This document shows, piece by piece, positions 24,700-36,399 of a DNA stretch of 64,000 bases. Numbering within the stretch: position 1 is the stretch's first letter; the number at the start of each line of letters is the position of its first letter. The stretch is from Octopus sinensis (taxonomy: Eukaryota), in the NCBI RefSeq assembly GCF_006345805.1, contig NC_042998.1, positions 184,140,001 through 184,204,000 of the forward strand. The letters run 5' to 3'. The notes beneath the pieces were generated by a model. It did no database searches. It worked only from the letters and a program-made list of their open reading frames with translations, and was not told the DNA's origin. The position numbers were made by a program, and so were the translations under genes.

Positions 24700-26555
24700 A
24701 CTTCATGAAGGTGCCATGCCTGATGACAGGTGTGGTAGCACCATAGTCAACTGCTACAAAGGTAAAGGTGATGCCTTAGATAGAAATAATTACAGAGGTA
24801 TCAAATAGTTGGATCAGGTGATTAAAGTTACAGAGAGAGTCATAGCCCAAATTATTAGGGAGAGAGTTAGTCCAGATGAGATGCAGTTTGAGTTTGTGCC
24901 AGGGAAGATGTACCACTGATGCTATATTTCTGGTAAAGCAGCTGCAGGAGAAGTACCTAGCCAAAGATAAACCTCTGTACTTGGCTTTTGTTGTGTTGGA
25001 GAAAGCTTTTGACAGGGTCCCCTGATCCCTCATCTGGTGGTCAATGTGGAAACTAGGGATAGATGAGTGGTTGGTAAGAGCTGTACAAGCCATGTACAGG
25101 GACGCTACCAGTAAGATGAGGACTGGCAACGTGTATAGTGAAGAATTCAGTGTATAAGTAGGGGTTTGCCAAGCATCGGTCCTCAGCCCCCTCTTATTCA
25201 TCACTCCTCCAGGCAATAACAGGAGATCCTCTATGCTGATGACCTTGCTCTTATAGCTGGATCACTACCAGAACTAGAGAAGTTCCAGATATGGAAGCAA
25301 GGTCTAGAATTGAAGGGCCTTAGAGTCAACCTAGCAAAAACCAAAGTCTTAGTAAGTAGGAAGGCAGACAGATCACAAATCCCTTCAGGTAGATAGCCCT
25401 GCTTGACCTGTAGAGAAAGCGTAGTTAGAAACTCCATAAGATGCGCCCGGTGTAAGCTTTGGATGCATAAAAGGTGCAGCAGTATCAGAGGAAGATTAAC
25501 AGAGAAAATAGCTTTTGTATGTGGAAGGTGCACAGGTGCAATAAACACCGAAAATATACATAAAATAGACTCCATCAACTACAAGGAGGGTAAGATAGAG
25601 GTAGTTGATAGCTTCCATTATCTAAGTGGCCAAGTTAGTAGTGGAAGTGGATACTCTGAGAGCGTAGCTGTGAGAATAAGATTAGGCTGGGCAAAGTTCA
25701 AAGAGCTCCTACCTCTGCTGGCAACAAAGGACCTCTCCTTCAGATTGAAAGGCAGATTGTCTGACACCTGTGTGTGAACAGCTATGCTACATAACAGTGA
25801 AACATGGACTGTAACAGCCGAGGACATACATAGGCTTGAAAGAAATGAAGCCAGTATGCTTTGCTATATGTGCAATGTCAGTGTGCATGTTCAACAGAGT
25901 GTAAGCATCTTGAGAGAAAAGTTAAATATAAGAAGCTTCAGATATGGTGTGCAAGAGATGACTGTCCTGGTATGGTCATGTGATGCATATAGATGAGGAC
26001 AGCTGTGTAAAGAAGTGCCAATCTCTAACTCTGGATGGACACTGTTGTACAGGTAGACCCAGGAAGGTGGGAAGCAAAATCTTCAGTCACTAGTCATTGC
26101 CTCTGTGAGGTCCAGAGACCTTTGGCGATGTGCTGTGCTTGAAAAGACTCATCAGGCCAGGTGAAATTGTAGTCATGGCCAATGCTGGTGTCACATAATT
26201 AGCACCTGTGCCAGTGGCATGTAAAAAAGCACCCTTCAAATGTTGGGACTCACGGAAGCAAATTGGCTGAGTTCCTTTCAAATGTTATGTCTCATGGAGG
26301 CAATGACTGAAACCGTTGGCATTATGCCATGCCTGAGAAGACCCATCAAGTCAAATAAAGTTGCAGTCATGGCAGATACTGGCATCACGTAAATGGCACT
26401 CATACTGATGGCATGTAAAAGCACCCATTACACTCTTGGAGTGTTTGGCATTAGAAAGGGCATCCAGCCATAGAAACCATGCCAAATTAGGCCTACAGTT
26501 TGCCAGCCCCGGTCAAACTGTCCAACCCATGCCAGCATGGACAATGGATGTTAAA
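24700..26555 (+). mobile_element. RTE-clade LINE (same family as 3620-4728), decayed, with PHD finger and 3' UTR
   Basis: RT motifs AFVVLEKAFDRVP and LYADDLAL; C4HC3 motif at 25400-25531; MLHNSETW; ends with the shared 3' UTR and (GAT)n. Confidence 0.85.
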
Positions 26556-26564
26556 TGATGATAT

Positions 26565-26587
26565 TTATCTATCTATCTAACTGTCTG

Positions 26588-26668
<81 letters not shown>

Positions 26669-26700
26669 GTGTGTGTGTGTATGTGTGTGTGTGTGTGATG
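26565..26700. repeat. (TATC)n then (TG)n microsatellite
   Basis: Direct inspection. Confidence 0.9.
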
Positions 26701-27449
26701 GAAGAAATTGATTTGTAAACAATATTGTGATGAAATGTCAGAGTCAGCAGTTGTAACGATAAGAATATTTGTTGTTATAATTGCATACTGTAGGATGTGA
26801 AAGATGAACAATGCATGAAGTTTTAAGAAAGTATTTATTCACTGTTACGTTACAATACCTTGCCTCGACAGGAAGGTTATAATAAATCCCAAATCATGCG
26901 AAGTAAAGCTTGTGTTTGTGCCCTCTTCATTGTTTAGTAGTAATTACAGAGAGAGATAGAATGATGTTGTAAGAGAACAGAATTAGAGCTAGTGAGAGTT
27001 GTAGGGTGTTGTCTCACAGTTGCTGACTGTAAATTTAATTTCTCCCACTGACCGTTATCTTTAGTAGCGGTATTCATTGTGATCATGATTCTAGCAGTCC
27101 ATTCCATAACTAATTGAGACATCATGAGCTGCCTTGCTCAGCTGTCGCCAAGTGACTACTTGGTTTTTGCTTGGAGGTTCTTGCTTTTATAACTATCCAG
27201 AAGGATAGACATATCATTGAGAACAATCGATTTAGTTGGTGGTCTTGTTATCTATATTCTAGCTTTTGGTGAAGTAGAAGAGGTTAGAAAGGGTCAAGTG
27301 GTGATTATTTCGGCCTAGCTAAAGGCATCTGGAAAATGTAAAACTGCTGTCAGAGAAAAACCATTGTTTCACCATGGGAAAAGTTCTGTTGTAGTGTTAA
27401 TTAAATTTGGTTATGGTGCATCGAATCCACTTCATGCTTGCAAGATCCA

Positions 27450-27574
27450 CTACACACACACACACACATACACACACATATATATATATGTATGTATGTA
27501 TGTATGTGTATATATATATATATGTATGTGTGTATGTATGTGTATATATATATATGTATGTGTGTATGTATGTG

Positions 27575-27608
<34 letters not shown>

Positions 27609-27745
27609 ATATATATATAGTATGTATGTATGTATGTATGTATGTATGTATGTATGTATATGTGTGCATGTGTGTATATGTGTGTGTACATATATGCAAA
27701 CACCTACATTCACATGCACACATACACATATATATATATATATGA
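27450..27745. repeat. Compound (CA)/(TA)/(TATG) microsatellite
   Basis: Direct inspection; source of several spurious ORFs. Confidence 0.9.
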
Positions 27746-27849
27746 TGGCAGAGAAAACACTGCTGGTGGCCTGAGCAACTCCTTATTTCAGGGTACTTTT
27801 TCCTTCATTTGTACTTCCTCATTTATGTTGGTACCTCTGATGGCTGGAA

Positions 27850-28330
27850 GAAATGATTTTTGCATGGAATTATTACCCAAAGAGGTTACATCTAATGGAT
27901 AATAGAACCCTTGGTTGGAATTGGTGGGTCTTTCATTGTAGCTGTTTATTTTCTCCATTTCTTTGATGATATTTTTCAAAATTTTCTTCATATTAATCTT
28001 CACTGATCTATCTTCTGAGTGTTGCTTCCAAGATTTAGGATTAATGTTCTTCCTCTTTATTGTTTGTTTCATTTGGTCAGTGTAGCATTACACAAGGCAA
28101 CTTATTGCTTGCTGGTACTGAATTTGCTGTAGAGGATTTGACATGGCTGTCTGGTGCTATTCATGATCTGTCTGTCTGATGTGATGTTTGATGATAATAG
28201 CCTTGATCCTGTTGGCTTTGGTTCATTCAAGGACTCCAAATGTTGCAATGCTTTGCCCTGTATTAAATACAAATGCAAAAACATTATATGCTATTGCTAG
28301 GTGAGGCATCATGTCCATAAAGCCAGTTGG
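27850..28330 (-). mobile_element. Possible decayed RTE C-terminal fragment
   Basis: RQPCQILYSKF and INPKSWKQHSEDRS resemble RTE C-terminal motifs (RLPKQILYGEL, WETLASDRS); weak similarity only. Confidence 0.35.
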
Positions 28331-29374
28331 CAGAGACCGCAACAAGTTTGTACTATAAGCTTACCAATGCACTGTTTTGTATTTTATTTTTTCTCTATTT
28401 CTATATGACTTCTATAATAGCTTCCTTTATTGTGAAGCATCAAATTGTTACTATCTCTGCTCAGAATTCTATAACACACTGTTTCTCTTTTTTCCCATAA
28501 CTTCTACAAAGTCTCGTCTTCAGACTTCTCACTAAGCGCTTAACCAACTCATTTCTTCTTAAGGCAACAGCCTTTTGGGATTGCTTGCTTCTCAGCATTT
28601 CCTCCATAGGCATCAACCCAAAGCAGTTCAAAGTGAACAAACAGTTATTGATCTTACCAATCTGGAAACGACAACATCAATCATAGATGCTTCTTTTCTT
28701 TCTTTGATTAATTAATTAAAAAGGAAAAAAAATACCAACGTGAGCACGCACATCAGGGAAACACACATTCATTCATAGAAGCAGATAGACAGACCAACAA
28801 ACACACACAAGCTCAGTCACGTTAGCAATGATCAAGCACTTTGTTTAAGTCACGACTGACAAGATCTTTAGAAAAGAAACTACAAATCTTCCATTTTTAC
28901 ATGGATTTACTTTTTTTATATTCAACTTCCATTGCATGATTTGTGAGAATTAGATATAATCAGAAAAAAAATGAAAACGAAATAAGAAAAGACAGAAGTG
29001 AACAAGAAAAGCTAGGAAAACTTTGGTATTCCTTCTGTGTTTCTTTATTTCATTGATCTGTTGTTTTATGCTGAAAATATAGGGCGACATGTATAGGACG
29101 TTTCTGGAGGTGTAGCTGCATGGAGGTGGCATGCAGGAAATGGTTACAAGGTCATCAAATGTTTCTAGGATACTTTCTGCTCAATCGCCATCACTCTTTC
29201 TTTCGCTCTATTTTTTTCTTAAAAAACTTTGCTCTTTTCACATTGTCTCTGTCATTTTCTATCACCTGTGTGCATGTGTATATGCAGGTGTGTGTGTGTG
29301 TGTATACACATATATACATACATACATACACACAGGGATGATAGAGAGTGAGAGAGACAATATATATATATATA

Positions 29375-29443
<69 letters not shown>

Positions 29444-29456
29444 GTATGTATATATA

Positions 29457-29497
<41 letters not shown>

Positions 29498-29513
29498 TAT
29501 ATATATTATATAT

Positions 29514-30793
29514 AAGGGCTTAGTAAAATAAATTACTTTGCCACATACTGAACTCATTAGAAATAGCAGCTAAAGAAATTTCTTCAGCTATTTCTAATAC
29601 TTAAAGAAGATCTCTCTCAGATAGTGTTTGCCTAAACCAACTCACAAAAGTATGGGGGAAAGAACATTAAAAAATCAAGTGCAAAGGTTATTTGAGAACG
29701 TATGTTTCTAGATTAGTCAATTCGACATTTCTTTCTTCAGCTCAGATTTCCTTGAATCGGATTTGGAACACACTGAAAGTCGGGAGCATACCCTTTCGGC
29801 TTCTAATCACCTCTAGAATTCTGCTCGAACTAAAAGTGCTATTAAATTCGAATATGCAAGCGAAGAATTTCTGCTCTCCCCTTTCCACCAGCGTGGGTTA
29901 AAATTGACAAACACCATGTATTAACGGTGAAAACCGCAGCATTTAGCAGAGAGAGATGAATTATAATTTCAACAATTGAGGGTAAAATTAATTAATTATT
30001 AATCAATTTCACCAAGTATTCAGTATGTAAAGGGACCATTATAGGCGAATTCAAAATATTACATTATATATAAGGGCTTAGTAAAATAAATTACTTTGCC
30101 ACATACTGAACTCATTAGAAATAGCAGCTAAAGAAATTTCTTCAGCTATTTCTAATACTTAAAGAAGATCTCTCTCAGATAGTGTTTGCCTACCAACTCA
30201 CAAAAGTATGGGGGAAAGACATTAAAAAATCAAGTGCAAGGTTTTTGAGAACGTACTTTCTAGATTAGTCAATTCGACATTCTTTCTTCAGCTCAGAATT
30301 CCTTGAATCGGATTTGGGAACACTGAAAGTCGGGAGCATACCCTTTCGGCTTCTAATCACCTCTAGAATTCTGCTCGAACTAAAGTGCTATCAATTCGAA
30401 TATGCAAGCGAAGAATTTCTGCTCTCCCCTTTCCACCAGCGTGGGTTAAAATGACAAAACACCATGTATTAACGGTGAAAACCACAGCATTTAGCAGAGA
30501 GAGATGAATTATAATTTCAACAATTGAGGGTAAAATTAATTAATTATTATCAATTTCACCAAGTATTCAGTATGTAAAGGGACCATTATAGGCGAATTCA
30601 AAATATTACATTATATATAAGGGCTTAGTAAAATAATTACTTTGCCACATACTGAACTCATTAGAAATAGCAGCTAAAGAAATTTCTTCAGCTATTCTAA
30701 TACTTAAAGAAGATCTCTCTCAGATAGTGTTGCCTAAACCAACTCACAAAAGTATGGGGGAAAAACATTAAAAAATCAAGTGCAAAGGTTATT
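29514..30793. repeat. Unclassified ~558-bp unit in about 2.3 tandem copies, flanked by (TA)n
   Basis: Units start aagggcttagtaaaata at 29514, 30072 and 30619; third unit truncated at about 30793. Confidence 0.9.
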
Positions 30794-30896
30794 GGATATA
30801 TATATATATATATGTGTGTGTGTGTATATATACATATATATAACGTATATATAAGTATATATATATATATATAATGTATATATATATTGTTTATAT

Positions 30897-30932
<36 letters not shown>

Positions 30933-31285
30933 ATATACATATAATATAAATATATGAACATACATATACATACATGTATACATGCATGCGTGCACTCACA
31001 CACACACACACAAATATATATATATTTATATATATATATATTGTTGTTTTTATAAAAACCTTCTTTCTAGGTTGTTTCTATTTTCTTGCTCTCTGTTTCT
31101 TTTACGTTCATTCATTCATAAAATATATTTTTGGTTTCCTCTGTCTACCTTCTCACTATCTCTTCATCTTTCATTCATTTTATTTTCCTTGCTTCCAAAA
31201 TCTGTTTTTTTCCCTTTTTTTTTCTAAATTCATGTTTCTCTTTTTCCTTCTCATTAGCAAGTTTTCTTTCCCATTCTATTTTAAA

Positions 31286-31366
<81 letters not shown>

Positions 31367-31453
31367 CCTATCTATGTGCCTGTCTGTCGGTCTGTCTGTT
31401 TGTCTGTCTGCCTGACTGTTTGTCAGTTTGTCTGCCTGTCTGTATATATATAT

Positions 31454-31869
31454 ACTCTCTTTCTCTTTTACTCTCTTTTACTTGTTTCAGTCATTTGACT
31501 GCGGCCATGCTGGAGCACCGCCTTTAGTCAAGCCATTCGACCCCGGGACTTAACTATGTAAGCCCAGTACTTATTCTATCGGTCTCTTTTGCCGAACCGC
31601 TAAGTGACGGGGACGTAAACACACCAGCATTGGTTGTCAAGCAATGCTGGGGGGACAAACACAAACACACACACATACACATATATATATATATATACAT
31701 ATATATGACAGGCTTCTTTCAGTTTCCGTCTACCAAATCCACTCACAAGGCCATGGTGGATCCGAGGCTATAGCAGAAGACACTTGCCCAAGATGCCATG
31801 CAGTGGGACTGAACCCGGAACCATGTGGTTGGTTAGCAAGCTACTTACCACACAGCCACTCCTGCACCT
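31454..31869 (-). mobile_element. Full-length tRNA-headed CORE-type SINE with internal (TA)n(TG)n
   Basis: Highly similar to 35835-36241 and 60765-61185; A box gagtggctgtgtggtaag, B box gggttcagtccc; flanked by TA runs. Confidence 0.85.
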
Positions 31870-31874
31870 ATATA

Positions 31875-32098
31875 TAAATGTAATTAATAAAAAAAATGGA
31901 GAAAAAAAAGGACAACAAGAAAAAGCAACAAGGTGAGGACGTGGTACATGCCAAGTATTAATAAGACACTCAGAGAAGGAAAGAAAGGGTGTTTTACATT
32001 TCGAGCAAAGCTCTTCTTCAGAAACAGGAGATAGAGGAAAGTCCAAGAGAAAAGGAAGACGGAGGCAAAAAATCGCCAACAGTCCACATGTGGTTAGC
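31875..32098 (-). mobile_element. Putative Penelope-like pseudo-LTR remnant carrying a hammerhead motif
   Basis: Contains the hammerhead at 31990-32026. Minimal type I hammerheads are an established hallmark of Penelope-like elements. No RT or GIY-YIG sequence seen, so the class is inferred. Confidence 0.45.
31990..32026 (-). ncRNA. Minimal type I hammerhead ribozyme motif
   Basis: Minus strand reads UGUUU CUGAAGA A GAGC UUU GCUC GAAA UGU A AAACA: 5-bp helix I, 4-bp helix II, intact core, self-complementary AUGU helix III, GUA cleavage triplet. Confidence 0.7.
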
Positions 32099-32192
32099 AG
32101 AAGTAACAGACTGTCTCAAGGTCTGAGAGATTCATGTGTTGATAAGTACCAATGCACGAAACTCTCAGACTTTGAGTCACTCTGTTACTTCT
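32099..32192. other. 94-nt near-perfect hairpin (~43-bp stem, 8-nt loop)
   Basis: 32099-32129 pairs with 32162-32192 (3 mismatches on the inverted-repeat comparison) and 32131-32141 pairs with 32150-32160. Confidence 0.85.
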
Positions 32193-32499
32193 ATCAATAA
32201 AAGTATACATATACTCATATTTGGAGTTCTATTTTTCCTGTTTGCATCAATAAACCTTTATGTGTATATATGTGGGAGTTGATATTGGGAAATGAAAGTG
32301 GTTTGGGATGGGGAAGAAAGGTAACTGAGAAAACCAAAGGATGTAGTATGTGCCTGTTCTGCACTCAGGTGTTAGAGAATTGATGGGTGTCAGGGGATGA
32401 AATGTGTGTGTATGTGGGGGGGGGAGGTTGACAGGGCAGAGAGGAAGGAAATGGGGGTGGGGCAGAGCCCCTAATGGACAAGCATTACCAAGGTGGTTT

Positions 32500-33025
32500 T
32501 AAGATATCACTTCTGCTATGGTAGGCAGGTCTTCTTGAGTGCAACAAGGTGCCAGGTATTCCAATCCTTTGGCATCTCCTTTGTAAGGCTCAGCATCTCA
32601 AGATCAGCCTTCAAGACTTCATCCCATGTCTTCTTGGGTTTCCCTCTTCCACAAGTTCCATCCACTTTAAGTTATCAGCTTATGCAACTGTCCTCATCCA
32701 TATGCATCCCATGGCCAAACCAATGCAGTCTTCTCTCTTAAACACTACTTCTAATTCCTCTTATGCCAAACTTTTCTCTGAATACATTAGCACTCTATTA
32801 CGAATGCTCACTGACTTTGCACATCCAGTGGTGCATTTTAGTTTCAGTCTTCTCTAGTCTTCACATGTCCTCTGCATTCAGGGCCCATGTCTTTCCACCA
32901 CATAGCTTTGTAGTATTGAGACCTTTGATTGCCAACAAAGGTAAAAGCTCTCTGAACTTTCTCCATCCTATTCTTATTCTAGCAATTACACTTTCTGTAC
33001 ACTGTCTTCCACTGTTAATTAGATC
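32500..33025 (-). mobile_element. RTE-family ORF2 C-terminal fragment
   Basis: Reverse complement resembles 25690-26130; encodes GRGKPKKTWDEV. Confidence 0.7.
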
Positions 33026-33027
33026 CC

Positions 33028-33110
<83 letters not shown>

Positions 33111-33112
<2 letters not shown>

Positions 33113-33258
33113 ATTTCTTTATTGCTCACAAGGGGCTAAACATAGAGGGGACAAACAAGGACAGACAAAGAGATTAAGCCAATTACATCGACCCTAGTGC
33201 GTAACTGGTACTTAATTTATCGACCCCGATAGGATGAAAGGCAAAGTCGACCTCAGCG
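33111..33258 (-). mobile_element. 5'-truncated type-A-tail SINE inside a (TATC)n array
   Basis: Reverse complement of the 17906-18089 unit; (TATC)n at 33028-33110 and 33263-33345. Confidence 0.85.
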
Positions 33259-33260
33259 TA

Positions 33261-33308
<48 letters not shown>

Positions 33309-33316
33309 CCTATCTC

Positions 33317-33347
<31 letters not shown>

Positions 33348-33542
33348 GTCTGTCTGTCTGTCTGTTTAGCTGTCTGTCCATCCACATCCATCTATCAACC
33401 CATCCATCCATTGCTCCATCTGTCTGTACATCTGTCCATCTGTACATCTGTCATGTGTGTCTGTCTGTTTGTCTCAATGTGTATGTATATCAGAGTAAGA
33501 ATATATGTATGCATGCGTACATGCATATATGCAGTCTGTCTG

Positions 33543-33580
<38 letters not shown>

Positions 33581-34079
33581 AGTCTGTCTGTCTGACTGTC
33601 TGTCTGTCTGTCAGTCAGTCTGTCTGTCTGTCTGACCGTCTATCTGTGTGTGTGTGTGTGTGTACATTACATCCCTTCTCAGACACCCACTTGTCTGCTA
33701 GTCAAGTAAGTCTGGCTGGTGTTTAACAGTCCTGTTAAATATATAGAATGTACTGTGTACTCTCCCAGTGCAGTTTGTGTATATGTGCCTCTGTGTGTGG
33801 GGGTGTGTGTGTGCGTGTATGTGTGTGTGTGTGTATGTGAATGTGGAAGGGGGACCTAAATATTGCAGTGAATGGGGAAAAAAGGTTTGTGGGTGGTAAC
33901 GAAATGTTCTGGAACAATCTATATAATCAATTTGACACTGCAGCAGCAGCAACAACAACAACAAAAACAAAACCTTTACAAATATAAAAAAAACAAATCT
34001 CAATCAAAAAAAGAACTAACCAAAAAAATAAAATAAAGAAATTCTGTTTTAAAATAGAAATTGTTGGATACAGGTCCTA

Positions 34080-34083
34080 GCAA

Positions 34084-34171
<88 letters not shown>

Positions 34172-34255
34172 TTAGCAGCAGCAGTAGCAGTAATAGTAGT
34201 TGTTTAGTAATAGTAATAGTAGCTTAGTAATAGCAGCAGTGGTGGCAGCATCATC

Positions 34256-34294
<39 letters not shown>

Positions 34295-34320
34295 TGTAGT
34301 AGTAGTTTAGTAGTAGTATT
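34080..34320. repeat. (AGC)n/(AGT)n trinucleotide arrays
   Basis: Direct inspection. Confidence 0.9.
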
Positions 34321-34564
34321 AGGCAGGGACTTCTTTGGAGTGAGTCCTCTCAAAAATACAAGGAGCTTCAGGTTTTCTTTTCTTTCTTATAGGAAAGGGT
34401 CTGCTAGAAAGTCATATCCTCTTCATGTCTTCCAAGGCCCTAGATTGATGTATCTTGTAGGTGCTTGTGGTAGTGTTGGTGGTGGTGGTAGTGATGGTAA
34501 TAGTAGTAGAACTGGTGGTGGTAGTTGTTGGAGTACTCACATTTTAGTCATAGTCATAATTCTT

Positions 34565-34613
<49 letters not shown>

Positions 34614-35029
34614 CAGCAGCAGCAACACAGCAAAATTTTTCCCCATTCCAGCTAAAAGAACAGATGATGTAACAGTCAAGATTTAGGAGTGGTTTGACGT
34701 TTATGGTTTGCCAATTCTTTATCAGTGATTCTTTTCAAATATTCTTCCATTCTTTGGTTCCTTAATTGGTTTCACTTGTTAGACTGTGTCCATGATGGGG
34801 AACCACACTCAAGGCTTTTAGTTTGTATCTATTGCTGTTCTTATTTCAGTTTGGTGCATATCTTTATTGGTCATATCATATTTTGTCAAAAACACTGAAT
34901 CATGGGACGTAAAAAGATACAATATGAACAACACTGGTGTTTTTAGTTCTTCACAAACATAAATATACACATGTGAAGACCTGTGAAGACTGACTCCGGT
35001 GCAGGTGGCAAGTAAAGAAACACCGTTTC

Positions 35030-35430
35030 GACCCTGTTCTTGAGGAGACCTATTGAGTCAAGTACACCAACATCAAAAATCAATGGAAATTGTAGTTGTG
35101 ATCCCTGTGCCGGTGGCACGTAAAAAGCACCTTCCGAACGTGGCTGATGCCAGTGCCGCCTTGACCGGCTTCCGTGCCGGTGGCACGTAAAATGCACCAA
35201 TCCGATCGTGGCCATTGCCAGCCCTGCATGGTACCTGTGCCAGTGGCGCGTAAAAAGCACCCACTACGCTCATGGAGTGGTTGGTGTTAGGAAGGGCATC
35301 CAGCTGTAGAAACACTGCCAGATCAAACTGGAGCCTGGTGCAGCCTCCTGGCTTCCCAGATCCCGGTCGAACCATCCAACCCATGCTAACATGGAGAACG
35401 GACGTTAAACGATGATGATGATGATGATGA
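35030..35430 (+). mobile_element. Well-preserved RTE-family 3' UTR copy
   Basis: Three gtgccggtggcacgtaaaa-type subunits, aggaagggcatccagctgtagaaa, (GAT)n tail. Confidence 0.85.
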
Positions 35431-35834
35431 TTGTATACACAGAGATCATCATTGCTGCCACCATCACCACCACCACTACTACCATAGCACTGTCATTGTT
35501 GCCTTTTATACTTGCATTTTCCATGGTGACCATTGGCTGAACATGACTTCTTGAAGTAGTATTCTTGTGCTTATTGCCTCTATGCATCAGCTGCATATGA
35601 AGTCTACAATCTCTGCTAGCTTACCTGTGATCTCACAACACCTGTTCCATCCTTGCATATTGAGCATGAACATTTCTTGATGGTAACAGAATCCTGTCTT
35701 CTTATCTAGAACTTTAGCCCTTATTAAGTTAACATAGATATCCCTCAGTTCTAGGTTTTGCTTCCAAAATAACTGATGAAAACAACAGTTAGCAAACCTT
35801 TGAAGTTACTATCAACCATTTTTTGTTATCATAT

Positions 35835-36241
35835 AGGTGCAGGAGTGGCTGTGTGGTAAGTAGCTGGCTTACCAACCACATGATTCCGGGTTCAGTCCCA
35901 CTGCGTGGCACCTTGGGCAAGTGTCTTCTACTATAGCCTCGGGCCGACTAAAGCCTTGTGAGTGGATTTAGTAGACGGAAACTGAAAGAAGCCCGTTGTA
36001 TATATATATATATATTTGTGTGTGTGTGTGTTTGTGTGTCTGTGTTTGTCTCCCCCAACATTGCTTGACAACCGATGCTGATGTGTTTACGTCCCTGTAA
36101 CTTAGCGGTTCGGCAAAAGAGACCAACAGAATAAGTACTAGGCTTACAAAGAATAAGTCCTGGGGTCGATTTACTCGACTAAAGGCGGTGCTCCAGCATG
36201 GCCGCAGTCAAATGACTGAAACAAGTAAAAGAGTAAAGAGT
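35835..36241 (+). mobile_element. Full-length tRNA-headed CORE-type SINE with internal microsatellite
   Basis: A and B boxes; ggcaccttgggcaagtg (CORE-like ccttgggcaagt); (TA)n(TG)n at about 36000-36030; tail gactgaaacaagtaaaagagtaaagag. Confidence 0.85.
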
Positions 36242-36399
36242 ATATCCTTACCCTTGTCATTGTCATTGTCATCATTATTTTCAGGTCCACCTTTATTGTT
36301 GGCACGGGTTGCATGGGTCTGAGTCATCTCTTATTAGGAGTTGTTGCTGCTTTCATGGACTGATGCTTGTATATATTTACTTTCATTTCTATGGTTGAA

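Noticed and set aside
29570-29800. CUGAAGA and GAAA strings on the minus strand of the 558-bp unit; ORF 29692-29901 as possible GIY-YIG
   Set aside because: No valid helix II closes between the core halves, and the ORF has no GIY-YIG or RT motif.
32131-32160. GUGCAUUG (miR-33 seed-like) on the minus strand of the hairpin
   Set aside because: The match stops after 8 nt; the rest does not resemble miR-33.
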